From: a virus
Strand: one strand, 5' to 3'
Length of the DNA: 55,208 nucleotides
IMG/VR virus record: IMGVR_UViG_3300012944_000007
The first letter of the stretch is position 1. Every line of letters begins with the position of its first letter. The position numbers and the translations under genes were made by a program. The notes under the pieces were generated by a model. It was given only the letters and a program-made list of their open reading frames with translations. It was not told the DNA's origin and did no database searches. Shown piece after piece: positions 1-7,813 of the stretch.

Positions 1-123
1 ACCGTTGGCCCACGGCTTAGGCTATGGCGTGGGGTTGGCTATGTCTATACCTGCCGCGCTTTCTGGCTCTGCCATCCGAACCATGTAAATCATTGTAGCA
101 TAAGGCTTTAGTAGGTGCAGCAC
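1..123. repeat. Terminal direct repeat, identical to 55086-55208. The contig closes on itself, giving a unique length of 55,085 bp.
   Basis: Read directly. Both ends run accgttggcccacggcttaggctatggcg...ctttagtaggtgcagcac. Confidence 0.95.
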
Positions 124-219
124 CACGGCGCTTCCCTTTTTTTGTGGGAACATGCTACGTTCGGATTGTGGCGGAGATGCCGCCTCTAAATCGAACAAAA
201 ATAAGGGAATTTACTCCAA

Positions 220-741
220 ATGGCAAAAAAGAATTTGAATGTTACCGCTACCGTAGGCAAGGCCTTAGCTACTGCCCTGAAAAGCGCTGCCAAGCCCGCT
301 GCCGCTGTCAAGCCCGCTGCTGCTGTCAAGCCCGCTGCTGCTGCCAAGCCCGCTGCTGCTGTCAAGCCCGCTGCTGCTGTCAAGCCCGCTGCCGCTGCCA
401 AGCCCGCTCCCGCCGCTCCCGCCGCTCCCAAGGCCGACAAGCCTACAGAATTTGCGATTCATCTCAACAAGACAGGGCGCGTATGCTTCGGGAAGGATGC
501 AGCAGAGCGGCTAGGTACGCCAAAGCCCAAATTCGCTACGCTTACCATCGAAGGGCGAATGGTACGGATTGTGCCTCAAGCGAAAGAGGTAGAAGGCGCG
601 CTGGATGTGCGCGATGCTTCGGGTAGGCCGTACATCTCCGCTACCAAGCAATTCAAAACATTGGGATTCGATGGCTCAAGGCCGTATGACATCGAAGCAA
701 AGCCCTACGGTAGCGCGGGATTTGAATTCAAATTCGCCTAA
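220..741 (+). CDS. Basic Lys/Ala/Pro-repeat protein (KPAAAV/KPAAAA x6-7), histone H1/AlgP-like tail plus a globular C-terminal domain
   Basis: ATG at 220. Translation is MAKKNLNV...AAKPAAAVKPAAAVKPAAAAKPAAAV.... A strong intrinsic terminator follows directly. The C-terminal TGRVCFGKDAAERLG...MVRIVP loosely resembles an AbrB/SpoVT-type motif (weak). Confidence 0.75.
   Translation: MAKKNLNVTATVGKALATALKSAAKPAAAVKPAAAVKPAAAAKPAAAVKPAAAVKPAAAAKPAPAAPAAPKADKPTEFAIHLNKTGRVCFGKDAAERLGTPKPKFATLTIEGRMVRIVPQAKEVEGALDVRDASGRPYISATKQFKTLGFDGSRPYDIEAKPYGSAGFEFKFA
292..399 (+). repeat. Six in-frame tandem 18-bp units (aagcccgctgcYgctgYc) encoding KPAAA(V/A)
   Basis: Units start at 292, 310, 328, 346, 364 and 382. 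A degenerate PAAPAAPK continuation runs to about 432. Confidence 0.9.
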
Positions 742-743
742 AA

Positions 744-1047
744 CAGCCGCCCAGCCGGGCCGCCCTACGGGGCGGCTTTTTTTTGCTCTACAGCCGCCCA
801 GCCGCCCGTACCGCCCCGTACAATCCCCTACAGCCGCCCGCTAGCTGCCCTAGAATCGCCTCGTATCCCCTACAGCCGCCCAGCCGCCCCATTTCAGCCG
901 CCCAGCCGCTCCCAAGGCTGCCCAGCCGCCCGTACCGCCCCACAGCCGCCCAGCCGCTCCCAAGGCTGCCCAGCCGCCCGTACCGCCCCACAGCCGCCCA
1001 GCCGCCCGTACCCATAGGCCATAGGCCATAGCCCATAGCCCCCACAG
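744..1047. repeat. Non-coding repeat field, C-rich on + and G-rich on -: seven CAGCCGCC(CAGCCGC) motifs, a 48-bp tandem duplication and four CATAGSC heptamers
   Basis: The motif starts at 744, 791, 831, 873, 895, 943 and 991. The 48-bp units are 895-942 and 943-990, with a partial third unit from 991. The heptamers lie at 1013-1040. ORFs called here translate to Pro/Arg/Gly low-complexity sequence on both strands. Confidence 0.85.
759..784 (+). terminator. Rho-independent terminator of the 220..741 gene
   Basis: Stem gccgccc (759-765), loop tacg, stem gggcggc (770-776), followed by eight T (777-784). Confidence 0.85.
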
Positions 1048-1253
1048 AGCGAACCCCTTTGTTATCAACACGCCAACGCTACGTGCGCGCGAATCGCCTA
1101 GACCCTTTAGAATCATAGAGTTAAAGGTACTCCGCCGCGTCTGGCCGCCCGCGGGCTCGCCGCCCGCACAGTCGCGCTAGTAACTCTGCAAATTGGTGAT
1201 TCCACGTGACTTATCAGCAGGAACTTCTCACTTCAGCGGCGAACGGCGCAGAC

Positions 1254-1284
1254 CAAAAAGCCGCCTTCGAACGGGCGGCTTTGC
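1254..1284 (-). terminator. Intrinsic terminator after gene 1306..1866
   Basis: Minus-sense reads agccgcc-cgttcgaa-ggcggct followed by ttttgg. It lies about 22 nt downstream of the stop codon. Confidence 0.7.
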
Positions 1285-1305
1285 TGAGGGGGATTCGGAC
1301 GCGGC

Positions 1306-1866
1306 TTACTGCAATTGGGGCAGATACGACCTCGGGATCAGCGAACCCTCCATCTCCCAAAAAGTCTGCATCTCATGGGCAGGAGCCGCGCCGCGATAGC
1401 ACATGGCCACCTTCCGAATCAGGTTGCCCGATTTCGTCACGAGCAAGAAATCGCCCTCGAAGTTCTTCGGTATCTGCCGCACCTCGTAAACAATGATTCC
1501 ATGCCCCTCAAGCAACTCTTCGCGCCAATGGGAGATAAGCCAGAACCCCCAATTCCCCGGATCATCGGGATGCTCATCGAAAGTGCAGTACGGCCCGCTG
1601 CAATTCCAGAGAATCTGCCACAACGCCTTCCGATCTTCCTTCCTCTGTTTTTTCCCCTTGGAAGTGTAATAGCCGGACTTCCCGCGCTTGGAGGCCCGCG
1701 CCCTGATTTCCTCGACCTCTTCCCTTTGGCTGGGATCATCGGCTGTCAACTTCTCGGCCGCCAATAGGAAATCCCGAACGAGATCCTGCTCAAGAGGAGC
1801 GCAGGTAACTGTGCCGATCTGGTAGTGCTCTGCTTTGCCCTTAGCGGGCTTCTTTTGTGATTGCAT
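1306..1866 (-). CDS. Hypothetical protein (MQSQKKPAKGK..., Lys-rich centre)
   Basis: ATG at 1866 with no SD. A -10-like AATAAT ends 6 nt upstream. The ORF is followed by a terminator. Confidence 0.7.
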   Translation of the reverse strand: MQSQKKPAKGKAEHYQIGTVTCAPLEQDLVRDFLLAAEKLTADDPSQREEVEEIRARASKRGKSGYYTSKGKKQRKEDRKALWQILWNCSGPYCTFDEHPDDPGNWGFWLISHWREELLEGHGIIVYEVRQIPKNFEGDFLLVTKSGNLIRKVAMCYRGAAPAHEMQTFWEMEGSLIPRSYLPQLQ

Positions 1867-1872
1867 GCGGCC

Positions 1873-1901
1873 ATTATTAAACAGCCGGGATGTTATGTGC
1901 A
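1873..1901 (-). promoter_or_regulatory. Sigma70-like promoter positioned for a leaderless transcript (sense TGCACA-17 nt-AATAAT-6 nt-ATG)
   Basis: The -35 is plus tgtgca at 1896-1901. The -10 is plus attatt at 1873-1878. A 28-nt block (1879-1906) is repeated at 8528-8555 with one mismatch. Confidence 0.55.
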
Positions 1902-1906
1902 GGTGC

Positions 1907-2239
1907 CTATCCCTGGCCGGTGCGCTGCCGCTGGTTGCGCTTCGCAACGAACTCCTGCGCGAGCGTCCAGAGTTGCCGGACCTTGGGGTCCTTATGCGCG
2001 CAGATCGCGGCAATCTCGGCGGCGGTCGCCATCCTCAGAGCGAGCGCGCGGTAGCTCGCAGCGCTTTCGATGAACACCAAAAACGCGCCACAGGTTCCAC
2101 AGAGCGTGCGCGAGCCCGGCTCCGGTTGAGCAAACTCCTCCATGCTGAGACCGCTCCAGCCGTCGCAAGGCCCGCCGCATTTCGGGCAGCGCAGATGCGG
2201 AAGGGGCGTGCGGCTCTGGCTTAGATAGACGTCGCTCAT
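1907..2239 (-). CDS. Small zinc-ribbon-like protein (CPKCGGPC...CGTCG)
   Basis: The internal ATG at 2239 forms an ATGA overlap with the stop of 2236..2565. The longer ORF-track N-terminus is Arg/Gly-rich and looks non-coding. Confidence 0.6.
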   Translation of the reverse strand: MSDVYLSQSRTPLPHLRCPKCGGPCDGWSGLSMEEFAQPEPGSRTLCGTCGAFLVFIESAASYRALALRMATAAEIAAICAHKDPKVRQLWTLAQEFVAKRNQRQRTGQG

Positions 2240-2565
2240 AGCGGATCGATGCCGATGCTTAGTGCCGAGTGGAGCCACTCGTTGATCTGAGCCCGCGTGC
2301 GGACCTCCGCGAGCGCCGCCCGGATAAATTCGAGTTCCAACCGCGCGTCGGTGCAGGTGCCCTTGGGTACATCCGGCGGCCCGGGCGGGTTCCACACCGG
2401 CGAATCGATCCACTGCTGCAGGTAAGCCCGCATCAGCGCGATCTGGCGCAGGGTCATTGGCTCGCCGGTCAGATAGGCCATCACTGCCGGCTGGAGTTCA
2501 CCGCCCGTTTCGTTGCGCCAGAATTTCGGCGCGAGCGGATGGGCAGGATCGAGTAACGGGGACAT
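2236..2565 (-). CDS. Hypothetical protein
   Basis: ATG at 2565 preceded by GGAGG. Its stop overlaps the next start. Confidence 0.65.
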   Translation of the reverse strand: MSPLLDPAHPLAPKFWRNETGGELQPAVMAYLTGEPMTLRQIALMRAYLQQWIDSPVWNPPGPPDVPKGTCTDARLELEFIRAALAEVRTRAQINEWLHSALSIGIDPL

Positions 2566-2566
2566 A

Positions 2567-2800
2567 CTAGGTTGCCTCCGACAAACTGGTCTCGAAAATG
2601 TCTTCGTCCGCGCGGCACTTACCGGCGGCCACCAATCTCTGTTGTATCTCGCTGACGATTTCCCAATACAACTCCTCGGTCAGTTCCTCGACCTTGCCGC
2701 GCCAACGTTTCTCATAGCTCGAATCGCCGAGCCAGAGGCCCGCTGCCCCGACGTAGAATCCGAAGCGGATGTATTGCTCACTGCTGAGGCTCATGCTCAT
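2567..2800 (-). CDS. Hypothetical protein (start uncertain; alternative ATG at 2878)
   Basis: The ORF 2567..2878 overlaps the 3' end of 2778..3080 by 101 nt. The internal ATGs at 2800 and 2794 reduce the overlap to about 20 nt. Confidence 0.5.
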   Translation of the reverse strand: MSMSLSSEQYIRFGFYVGAAGLWLGDSSYEKRWRGKVEELTEELYWEIVSEIQQRLVAAGKCRADEDIFETSLSEAT

Positions 2801-3080
2801 GTGGTTCAGTTTCTTTTCCGCCAGGGGTTCGGGATCTCCGACTGCATTTCGCGTCGATTTCGGACAACGTGAACTCATGCACCCCAGTCAACCAATCCTC
2901 CTCAGTGACGCCGCCAGATAACTGATAGTAGGTATAAAAGTAATCTTGCGGCCACCAGATAAATACGCCGTAGTTATCGCAGTCGATACCGATCCGATCG
3001 CTTTGAAGGTTGGTCAAGTGTTCGTGCAATGCACCTTCGTATGGATAGCTACGATACGGGAAAGCAGGTCCAGAAAACAT
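2778..3080 (-). CDS. Hypothetical protein (aromatic-rich, ...GVFIWWPQDYFYTYYQLSGG...)
   Basis: ATG at 3080 with a GGTGA SD-like motif upstream. A 123-bp gap precedes it. Confidence 0.6.
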   Translation of the reverse strand: MFSGPAFPYRSYPYEGALHEHLTNLQSDRIGIDCDNYGVFIWWPQDYFYTYYQLSGGVTEEDWLTGVHEFTLSEIDAKCSRRSRTPGGKETEPHEHEPQQ

Positions 3081-3203
3081 TTCATTTCACCTATTTTGCC
3101 TGTTAGTCGAACGCGACCGCAAAGTACCGAGACTCTTTATCCGACACGGTGAGCCATTTCAAATCCACCCCGAACGTCATCAGACCAGAATATACGCCTT
3201 CGG

Positions 3204-3596
3204 TCACAGCTTTACCTCGATGGGCAGGACCATTCCCGCCGGGTCCGTGCCGAACCGAAAGAACCGTTCGAGCGGATTGGCCTCATCCAGGAACTCGATC
3301 TCGATCATGTGCAGCGCGTGTTCCGCCAGTGCCAGGGCGTGTTTCTCGGCCAGTCGCGGCAGCAAGCGGTCGAGCGCGGCCTCCTCCATCTCCACCCGGT
3401 CCTCGAACATCACCCGCTTGCCGACGTATCCGCGAATGGCCAGCCGGATTTTCATGCTCCGGCCTAGGAAGCGAACCCATTCATGCGCGTCCTCGCCAAA
3501 CAGCGGGTTCGGCTTGGCTTCGAGGATCTGCACCCAAAGCGGGTCGAGCATTTCCAATCGTCCCTTGAACTCGGCTTTCTTCGTTGCCTTCGTCAC
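3204..3596 (-). CDS. Hypothetical protein
   Basis: GTG at 3596 forms a GTGA overlap with the upstream stop. The translation looks plausibly globular. Confidence 0.6.
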   Translation of the reverse strand: MTKATKKAEFKGRLEMLDPLWVQILEAKPNPLFGEDAHEWVRFLGRSMKIRLAIRGYVGKRVMFEDRVEMEEAALDRLLPRLAEKHALALAEHALHMIEIEFLDEANPLERFFRFGTDPAGMVLPIEVKL

Positions 3597-4282
3597 TCTC
3601 CGATCCTCCCGCGCATCAGGTCGAGCATGCTGCCCAAATTCAGGCGGCCAGTGAGGCCCACGCGCCCATCGTCGACCAACTGGAGCATCCAGTCCGCCAT
3701 CTCGGTGCGGCGCGCCTGGCTCGCCTTACGCCACTCCGGCCACAGCTTGGCGGCAATCAGGAGTCCGGTGTGCAGCAACCGGCATTGCCCGAGAATCCAC
3801 GCCCGGTCGGCGCGCGGCACCTCGCCGCTATCGCAATGCAGCGTATCGAAGCCCCAGACGGCCATGTAGGAGTCCTTGACGGCGTAGGTCACGCCGCCGT
3901 GGACCGGGATGTACTGCAAGATGCCGCCATACGAATTGGTCGGCAGCTTGGGTGCGTGACGTTTAGGGAACGCTACGTAGCCGTTGAGCGCTTCGGGATC
4001 GAGAGTTCTTTCGACCAGCGGCAATATCGGACTCTTGCGCAGTTCGAGAATGTTCTCGCGCATCCCGCCGTAGGCGATCCACCACTCGGCGCCGCCGCCG
4101 CCGGGAATCGGCTCCCGCAGCAAAGCCCTATCCGCTATTTCGCGGTTGCGCGAAATGCGCGGCTTGTATTTGCCGTCTGGCCGGAACCGCGCGGTCTTGG
4201 CCGCAGCCTCGCGGGCCTCCATCATGACGCGGAGCATGCGGGCCGCGTCTGCCAGCCCACGGAACCTCTCCTCATAGGTCAT
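3593..4282 (-). CDS. Hypothetical protein (229 aa)
   Basis: ATG at 4282, 3 nt after the upstream stop. Clean 229-aa ORF. Confidence 0.7.
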   Translation of the reverse strand: MTYEERFRGLADAARMLRVMMEAREAAAKTARFRPDGKYKPRISRNREIADRALLREPIPGGGGAEWWIAYGGMRENILELRKSPILPLVERTLDPEALNGYVAFPKRHAPKLPTNSYGGILQYIPVHGGVTYAVKDSYMAVWGFDTLHCDSGEVPRADRAWILGQCRLLHTGLLIAAKLWPEWRKASQARRTEMADWMLQLVDDGRVGLTGRLNLGSMLDLMRGRIGE

Positions 4283-4284
4283 GG

Positions 4285-4509
4285 CTAGTTGAAACCTTCA
4301 ATCCAGCGGCGCATTCCGCCAACATCGTGGTTTTGCACGTACAGCATACCGAGGGGAAACAGCATGTCTCCGATCTTGCTTAGCTCCTCATGCTTCGACA
4401 GGTCCGAACCCATTGACGCAAGGGCGTTCATCAAATCCCCCGCATTGAGGTACTGCAAGGCGCGCTGTTTCGCCCAAGCCAGGTGTTCGACGCGCGTCAT
4501 GACGCTCAT
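4285..4509 (-). CDS. Hypothetical small protein (74 aa)
   Basis: ATG at 4509. It abuts its neighbours in the operon. Confidence 0.6.
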   Translation of the reverse strand: MSVMTRVEHLAWAKQRALQYLNAGDLMNALASMGSDLSKHEELSKIGDMLFPLGMLYVQNHDVGGMRRWIEGFN

Positions 4510-4525
4510 GCGATCAACTCCAGCT

Positions 4526-4843
4526 TCAATTCCGCAGCTTCCATAACTGCTCCTCTCTTCGTTTGGCGGACGGCTTTTTCAGATCCGCCGCGAACTCATG
4601 AACGGTCTTCTCGAAATCGGGATCGTCGATTTGTTCCAGACGTAGCGCCGTCGATGCCGCCCCGCAGTCCTCACAGAGCGCGGTGCCGCGCTGCTGCGCC
4701 GCAGCCTCGGCAAGGAACGCCCGCGCCGATTGAACGAACTCATCCAACTCCCGCTCGTCGGGAAGTCCGGCGCGCTCCAGCACGCATACCGCGCCGATGA
4801 TGGGGTGGCCGTTTTCGCAGTACATGGTCGCTATCCAGAGCAT
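4526..4843 (-). CDS. Hypothetical protein with a C-terminal CxxC
   Basis: ATG at 4843 lies 6 nt after GAGG. The ORF-track start at 4849 is TTG. Confidence 0.6.
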   Translation of the reverse strand: MLWIATMYCENGHPIIGAVCVLERAGLPDERELDEFVQSARAFLAEAAAQQRGTALCEDCGAASTALRLEQIDDPDFEKTVHEFAADLKKPSAKRREEQLWKLRN

Positions 4844-4861
4844 TGGCAACCTCTTCCCTCA

Positions 4862-5464
4862 TTATTGGGCGGCCTTTCGCGCGGGCCGCACCGCGTCCGT
4901 GTAGCCGGACTTGGGGCCGTACATTTTCATGCGCCCGCTGAAGTTGTCCTGGTCCATAAACTGGATGTCCGGCGGACCGAGAAACCCGAGGTGCCGGTCG
5001 ATCATCTGCACGTACATGCAAATGCGCCGCGGGTCTTGCGCGATGGCGTAGAGCGCGTCGTGGACGGTCAGCAGGCCCTCGGCCACCGCCCGGTGGTGCC
5101 GATCGTGGGTAGAGTTCAGCAGCTCCCGGGCCTCTTCCTCGCCCAGCGTCCGCAGCTTTTCGGCGGCCATAAATTGATTGACGATGCTGACAAATACGAC
5201 CGCATCGGGAGGCATCCGCTCGACCGCCGACCGCAGCACACCGAAACCGGCATCTTTGGTGCGGCCTCCGTTGAGCCAGTCCTCCCCCAGCGTCTCGATC
5301 AGCAGCGTCTCGATTTTTCTCATTCGGTGCAGGCCTTCGCCGTGGTGATAGGCGCCGACCAGGAAATTGAATTTGTGCTGGAGTAAGTCGCGCTTCGCCA
5401 TGTTCAGCGCCTGCAACGCGATGCCTTGCAGTTCGGCATCAGTGAGTAGATGGGTCTCTGTCAT
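4862..5464 (-). CDS. Hypothetical protein (200 aa)
   Basis: ATG at 5464 overlaps the upstream stop (ATGA). Confidence 0.7.
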   Translation of the reverse strand: MTETHLLTDAELQGIALQALNMAKRDLLQHKFNFLVGAYHHGEGLHRMRKIETLLIETLGEDWLNGGRTKDAGFGVLRSAVERMPPDAVVFVSIVNQFMAAEKLRTLGEEEARELLNSTHDRHHRAVAEGLLTVHDALYAIAQDPRRICMYVQMIDRHLGFLGPPDIQFMDQDNFSGRMKMYGPKSGYTDAVRPARKAAQ

Positions 5465-5733
5465 ACGAACTCCAACTTCTTAAATACCTGGGCCAGCCGG
5501 AGGCCCACCACGTCATCCTTGTGCCGATCAAAAAACCCCCGGCAAATCACCCGGGGACCGTCCAGGGTTTCATGGCAGGGGATACAGCCATCCCGCCGCA
5601 CCGCCTGCCGCTCCAGCGATTCCCGCCGCCCTGGCTCCAGTTGCATCAGATTTCCCGGGCGAAAAATGCACGTCTCGCACATTCTTTGATTCACGTGAAT
5701 CTTGCCGTCCCGGTATGGCCCCTGTTTATGCAC
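5461..5733 (-). CDS. Small Cys-rich protein (CETC...CIPC)
   Basis: GTG at 5733 lies 6 nt after GGAGG and overlaps the stop of 5726..5938. The longer ORF-track start at 5826 would overlap by 100 nt. Confidence 0.5.
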   Translation of the reverse strand: MHKQGPYRDGKIHVNQRMCETCIFRPGNLMQLEPGRRESLERQAVRRDGCIPCHETLDGPRVICRGFFDRHKDDVVGLRLAQVFKKLEFV

Positions 5734-5938
5734 CCCGCACCTCCACGAACGGCACGATGGTGAGTCTATGGCCGCAGTGGTTTTCAAACATCCCGCACCC
5801 CGGCTTGTGAAGCCAATAAAATTCATCGCACGAACGGCAGTAATCTTGTGCCGTGCGGTGACCGCACTCCATGCAGTTGCGGCTGTGCTCCGCGATCATC
5901 AGTAGCTCCGCGATTTGTTCCGCGTTTAATAGGGGCAT
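5726..5938 (-). CDS. Small zinc-binding-type protein (CMEC...CRSC...)
   Basis: ATG at 5938 with a GAAGGTG SD. Confidence 0.6.
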   Translation of the reverse strand: MPLLNAEQIAELLMIAEHSRNCMECGHRTAQDYCRSCDEFYWLHKPGCGMFENHCGHRLTIVPFVEVRGA

Positions 5939-5963
5939 TGCCGCACCTTCATAGCCAACTTAG

Positions 5964-6224
5964 TCATTCGGAAACGTCCTCGGAACGCCGGAGCCACCCT
6001 GCGCCTGGCACGCGCGTGCCGCTGGTGAAGATATTCCAGGCCTCCCGCTGGAACGCGAGCAGGGAGGAGTTCCAGGCGCGAATCAGGGCCTGTGTGACGC
6101 GCTCCTCCAGGGCGCTGTCGGTCATCAGCGAAACGCCCAGGACGTTGCCAGGGAACAACAGGGTAAGCTGCCCTTCATCCTCGGACAACACCGGCGTCGG
6201 GAAAATGTCAATTGGTTTGGTCAT
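5964..6224 (-). CDS. Hypothetical protein (86 aa, MTKPIDIFPTPV...)
   Basis: The internal ATG at 6224 forms ATGA with the stop of 6221..6505. The upstream part of the ORF-track call is Arg-rich junk. Confidence 0.6.
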   Translation of the reverse strand: MTKPIDIFPTPVLSEDEGQLTLLFPGNVLGVSLMTDSALEERVTQALIRAWNSSLLAFQREAWNIFTSGTRVPGAGWLRRSEDVSE

Positions 6225-6505
6225 TGCAAGTGCCTCCGATTCCATGCGACGGTTATCGCGGCCTCGGCGGCCTGCCGGAGTGTCATGCCCGGCGGATCGT
6301 TTTCGGTCGAGCCCGGCACAAAACAGGAGCACCGGCGCTCGATGTGAGCGACCGAGCCGCCAACGGCGCGAAACGCGCATTCCCGATGGTGACCGGGAAC
6401 GCGGGGAGAGTGGCCCTCTTCCTCCGGCAGGATCGGCTCGCCGCAGTATTGGCAGATGTTCACGGCACTCTCCCGACCGTGCGCCCGCGAGCGCAGAGCG
6501 GGCAA
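6221..6505 (-). CDS. Small Cys/His-rich protein (CQYC...HHREC...); start at TTG 6505 or GTG 6463
   Basis: GGAGAG lies 4 nt before GTG 6463. The C-terminal part looks coding. Confidence 0.5.
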   Translation of the reverse strand: MPALRSRAHGRESAVNICQYCGEPILPEEEGHSPRVPGHHRECAFRAVGGSVAHIERRCSCFVPGSTENDPPGMTLRQAAEAAITVAWNRRHLQ

Positions 6506-6594
6506 GGACCGTCACCTTTTGGCGACCTGCCGGTGCTGGCGCACCAGGGACAGCTTTCGCCGCCCTCGCGGACCCGTAGGATGCTCCTCGCCAT

Positions 6595-6807
6595 CTAAGC
6601 CACCCTTTGTTTTTCTGCGAACTTGACCAGGTCGGAAATCCGGAACCGCACCAAATGGTTGTTCAGTTTGATATGTGGCACTTTCCGCTTCCTCACGTAG
6701 CGGTCGATGGTCGAGACTGTCACGCCGAGAAACTCGGCCGCATCCCGTTTGGTCTTGTCAAAAGGGTCGGCGGCTGTCCCCGCTTTCCCTGCTTTCTTGC
6801 GCTTCAT
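6595..6807 (-). CDS. Excisionase/AlpA-type (HTH_17-like) DNA-binding protein
   Basis: The sequence ...AAEFLGVTVSTIDRYVRKRKVPHIKLNNHLVRFRISDLVKF... matches the excisionase-family HTH pattern from memory. The ATG lies 6 nt after a -10 element and there is no SD. Confidence 0.65.
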   Translation of the reverse strand: MKRKKAGKAGTAADPFDKTKRDAAEFLGVTVSTIDRYVRKRKVPHIKLNNHLVRFRISDLVKFAEKQRVA

Positions 6808-6813
6808 GGGCGC

Positions 6814-6842
6814 ATACTACGGCATAGCTGGCGCTGTGTCAA
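6814..6842 (-). promoter_or_regulatory. Sigma70-type promoter TTGACA-17-TAGTAT placed 6 nt before ATG 6807 (leaderless geometry)
   Basis: The -35 is plus tgtcaa at 6837-6842. The -10 is plus atacta at 6814-6819. The 12-nt gcgctgtgtcaa is identical to 25941-25952. Confidence 0.6.
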
Positions 6843-6936
6843 CAGGACTTGGCATGTAGTTGAGGGAAAAGGGGAAGGGACCTTACAGTGCAGACCCGAA
6901 CGCCCGCCGAAACCGGGCGGGGCGTTGGGATAGATA

Positions 6937-7248
6937 CTACAACTTGCGGGTTCGCTTTTCCAGCGCGAATAGCCGCTTGCGAAACTCCTTCAGATTGACT
7001 ACACGTTTTGGCCCCTCGATTGAGGCCGGTTTGCAGTCGCCGCTTATATTATTAGCGGGTTTTGCAGAAACCTCCACCGGAAGGCCGGCGCACCGCCACT
7101 GCAATGGCTTGGTACTGGCGATATCGCGGCGAAGGGTGGCGCTGACGCCCGGAGCGACCTCGATCACCAGACTGTCCTTACCCGCCGCCAGCACGGTGCC
7201 GGTAAAACGTTTAGCGCCGGTCACAAATACCTGAGTGCCTCGCTGCAT
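6937..7248 (-). CDS. Hypothetical protein (103 aa)
   Basis: The internal ATG at 7248 overlaps the upstream TGA by 1 nt. A weak hairpin follows at 6895-6925. Confidence 0.6.
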   Translation of the reverse strand: MQRGTQVFVTGAKRFTGTVLAAGKDSLVIEVAPGVSATLRRDIASTKPLQWRCAGLPVEVSAKPANNISGDCKPASIEGPKRVVNLKEFRKRLFALEKRTRKL

Positions 7249-7580
7249 CAGTATTCCTCCCGCAGCATGATGGTCAGCACCCGCGTGGTCTGGGCGGGAT
7301 CGCTCGGATCTTCGCTGCCGAACTCCAGCTTCGTGTCGTAGTAGTCGATCTTCCAGAAGATCCCGACCCCGTTGTGCTCGAAGGAGCCGAAATCGTGCTC
7401 CCCGTAGGGATCGTCGCCGGGATGGAAGTCGTTGAACAATTCCACCTTCTCCCGGATGCGGGATTGGTCCGCTGGCGGCAGCGCGCAGATGCCGCGAGTT
7501 TGCAGTACCCGGCTGCAAACCCCCATCGCGGTGCGCGCCAGATCATTCAGTGCGGCTATCCGCTTCGGATCCGGGCTCAT
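7248..7580 (-). CDS. DUF3768-family protein
   Basis: ...NDFHPGDDPYGEHDFGSFEHNGVGIFWKIDYYD...TTRVLTIMLREEY matches the DUF3768 signature as I remember it. Confidence 0.7.
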   Translation of the reverse strand: MSPDPKRIAALNDLARTAMGVCSRVLQTRGICALPPADQSRIREKVELFNDFHPGDDPYGEHDFGSFEHNGVGIFWKIDYYDTKLEFGSEDPSDPAQTTRVLTIMLREEY

Positions 7581-7813
7581 AAGCCTTCCTCTGGGTGATT
7601 GGCGGATCGCGCGCCCGGCACCATCACTGTGCGGCCCTCAGCCTCGCACCGATACCAGATCTCGTACGGTGCGGCTCCGGCGGCGGTGGCCGCCGCGGCG
7701 ATAGCGGCGGTCTCCGTGGGGAAGCCGTCCCCGAAGATTTGCTGTTCCTCGATGGCGTACCACCAGCCGCCCGTTCCGACATCACCGATGACGATGATTA
7801 TGGGTGTGCTCAT
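7577..7813 (-). CDS. Hypothetical protein (78 aa)
   Basis: ATG at 7813 forms ATGA with the upstream stop. Confidence 0.55.
   Translation of the reverse strand: MSTPIIIVIGDVGTGGWWYAIEEQQIFGDGFPTETAAIAAAATAAGAAPYEIWYRCEAEGRTVMVPGARSANHPEEGL

Noticed and set aside
144-626. Alternative frames of the KPAAAV repeat region (144..626 +, 186..440 -, 265..462 -).
   Set aside because: They are repeat-driven open frames encoding CQARC or SSSGLD strings. Only the 220..741 frame has a sensible N-terminus, a globular C-terminal domain and a terminator.
783-1116. Pro-rich and Gly-rich ORFs (783..1031 +, 788..1045 -, 850..1116 -) lie in the repeat field.
   Set aside because: They start right after a strong terminator and mirror each other on both strands. 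Their composition follows the DNA repeats.
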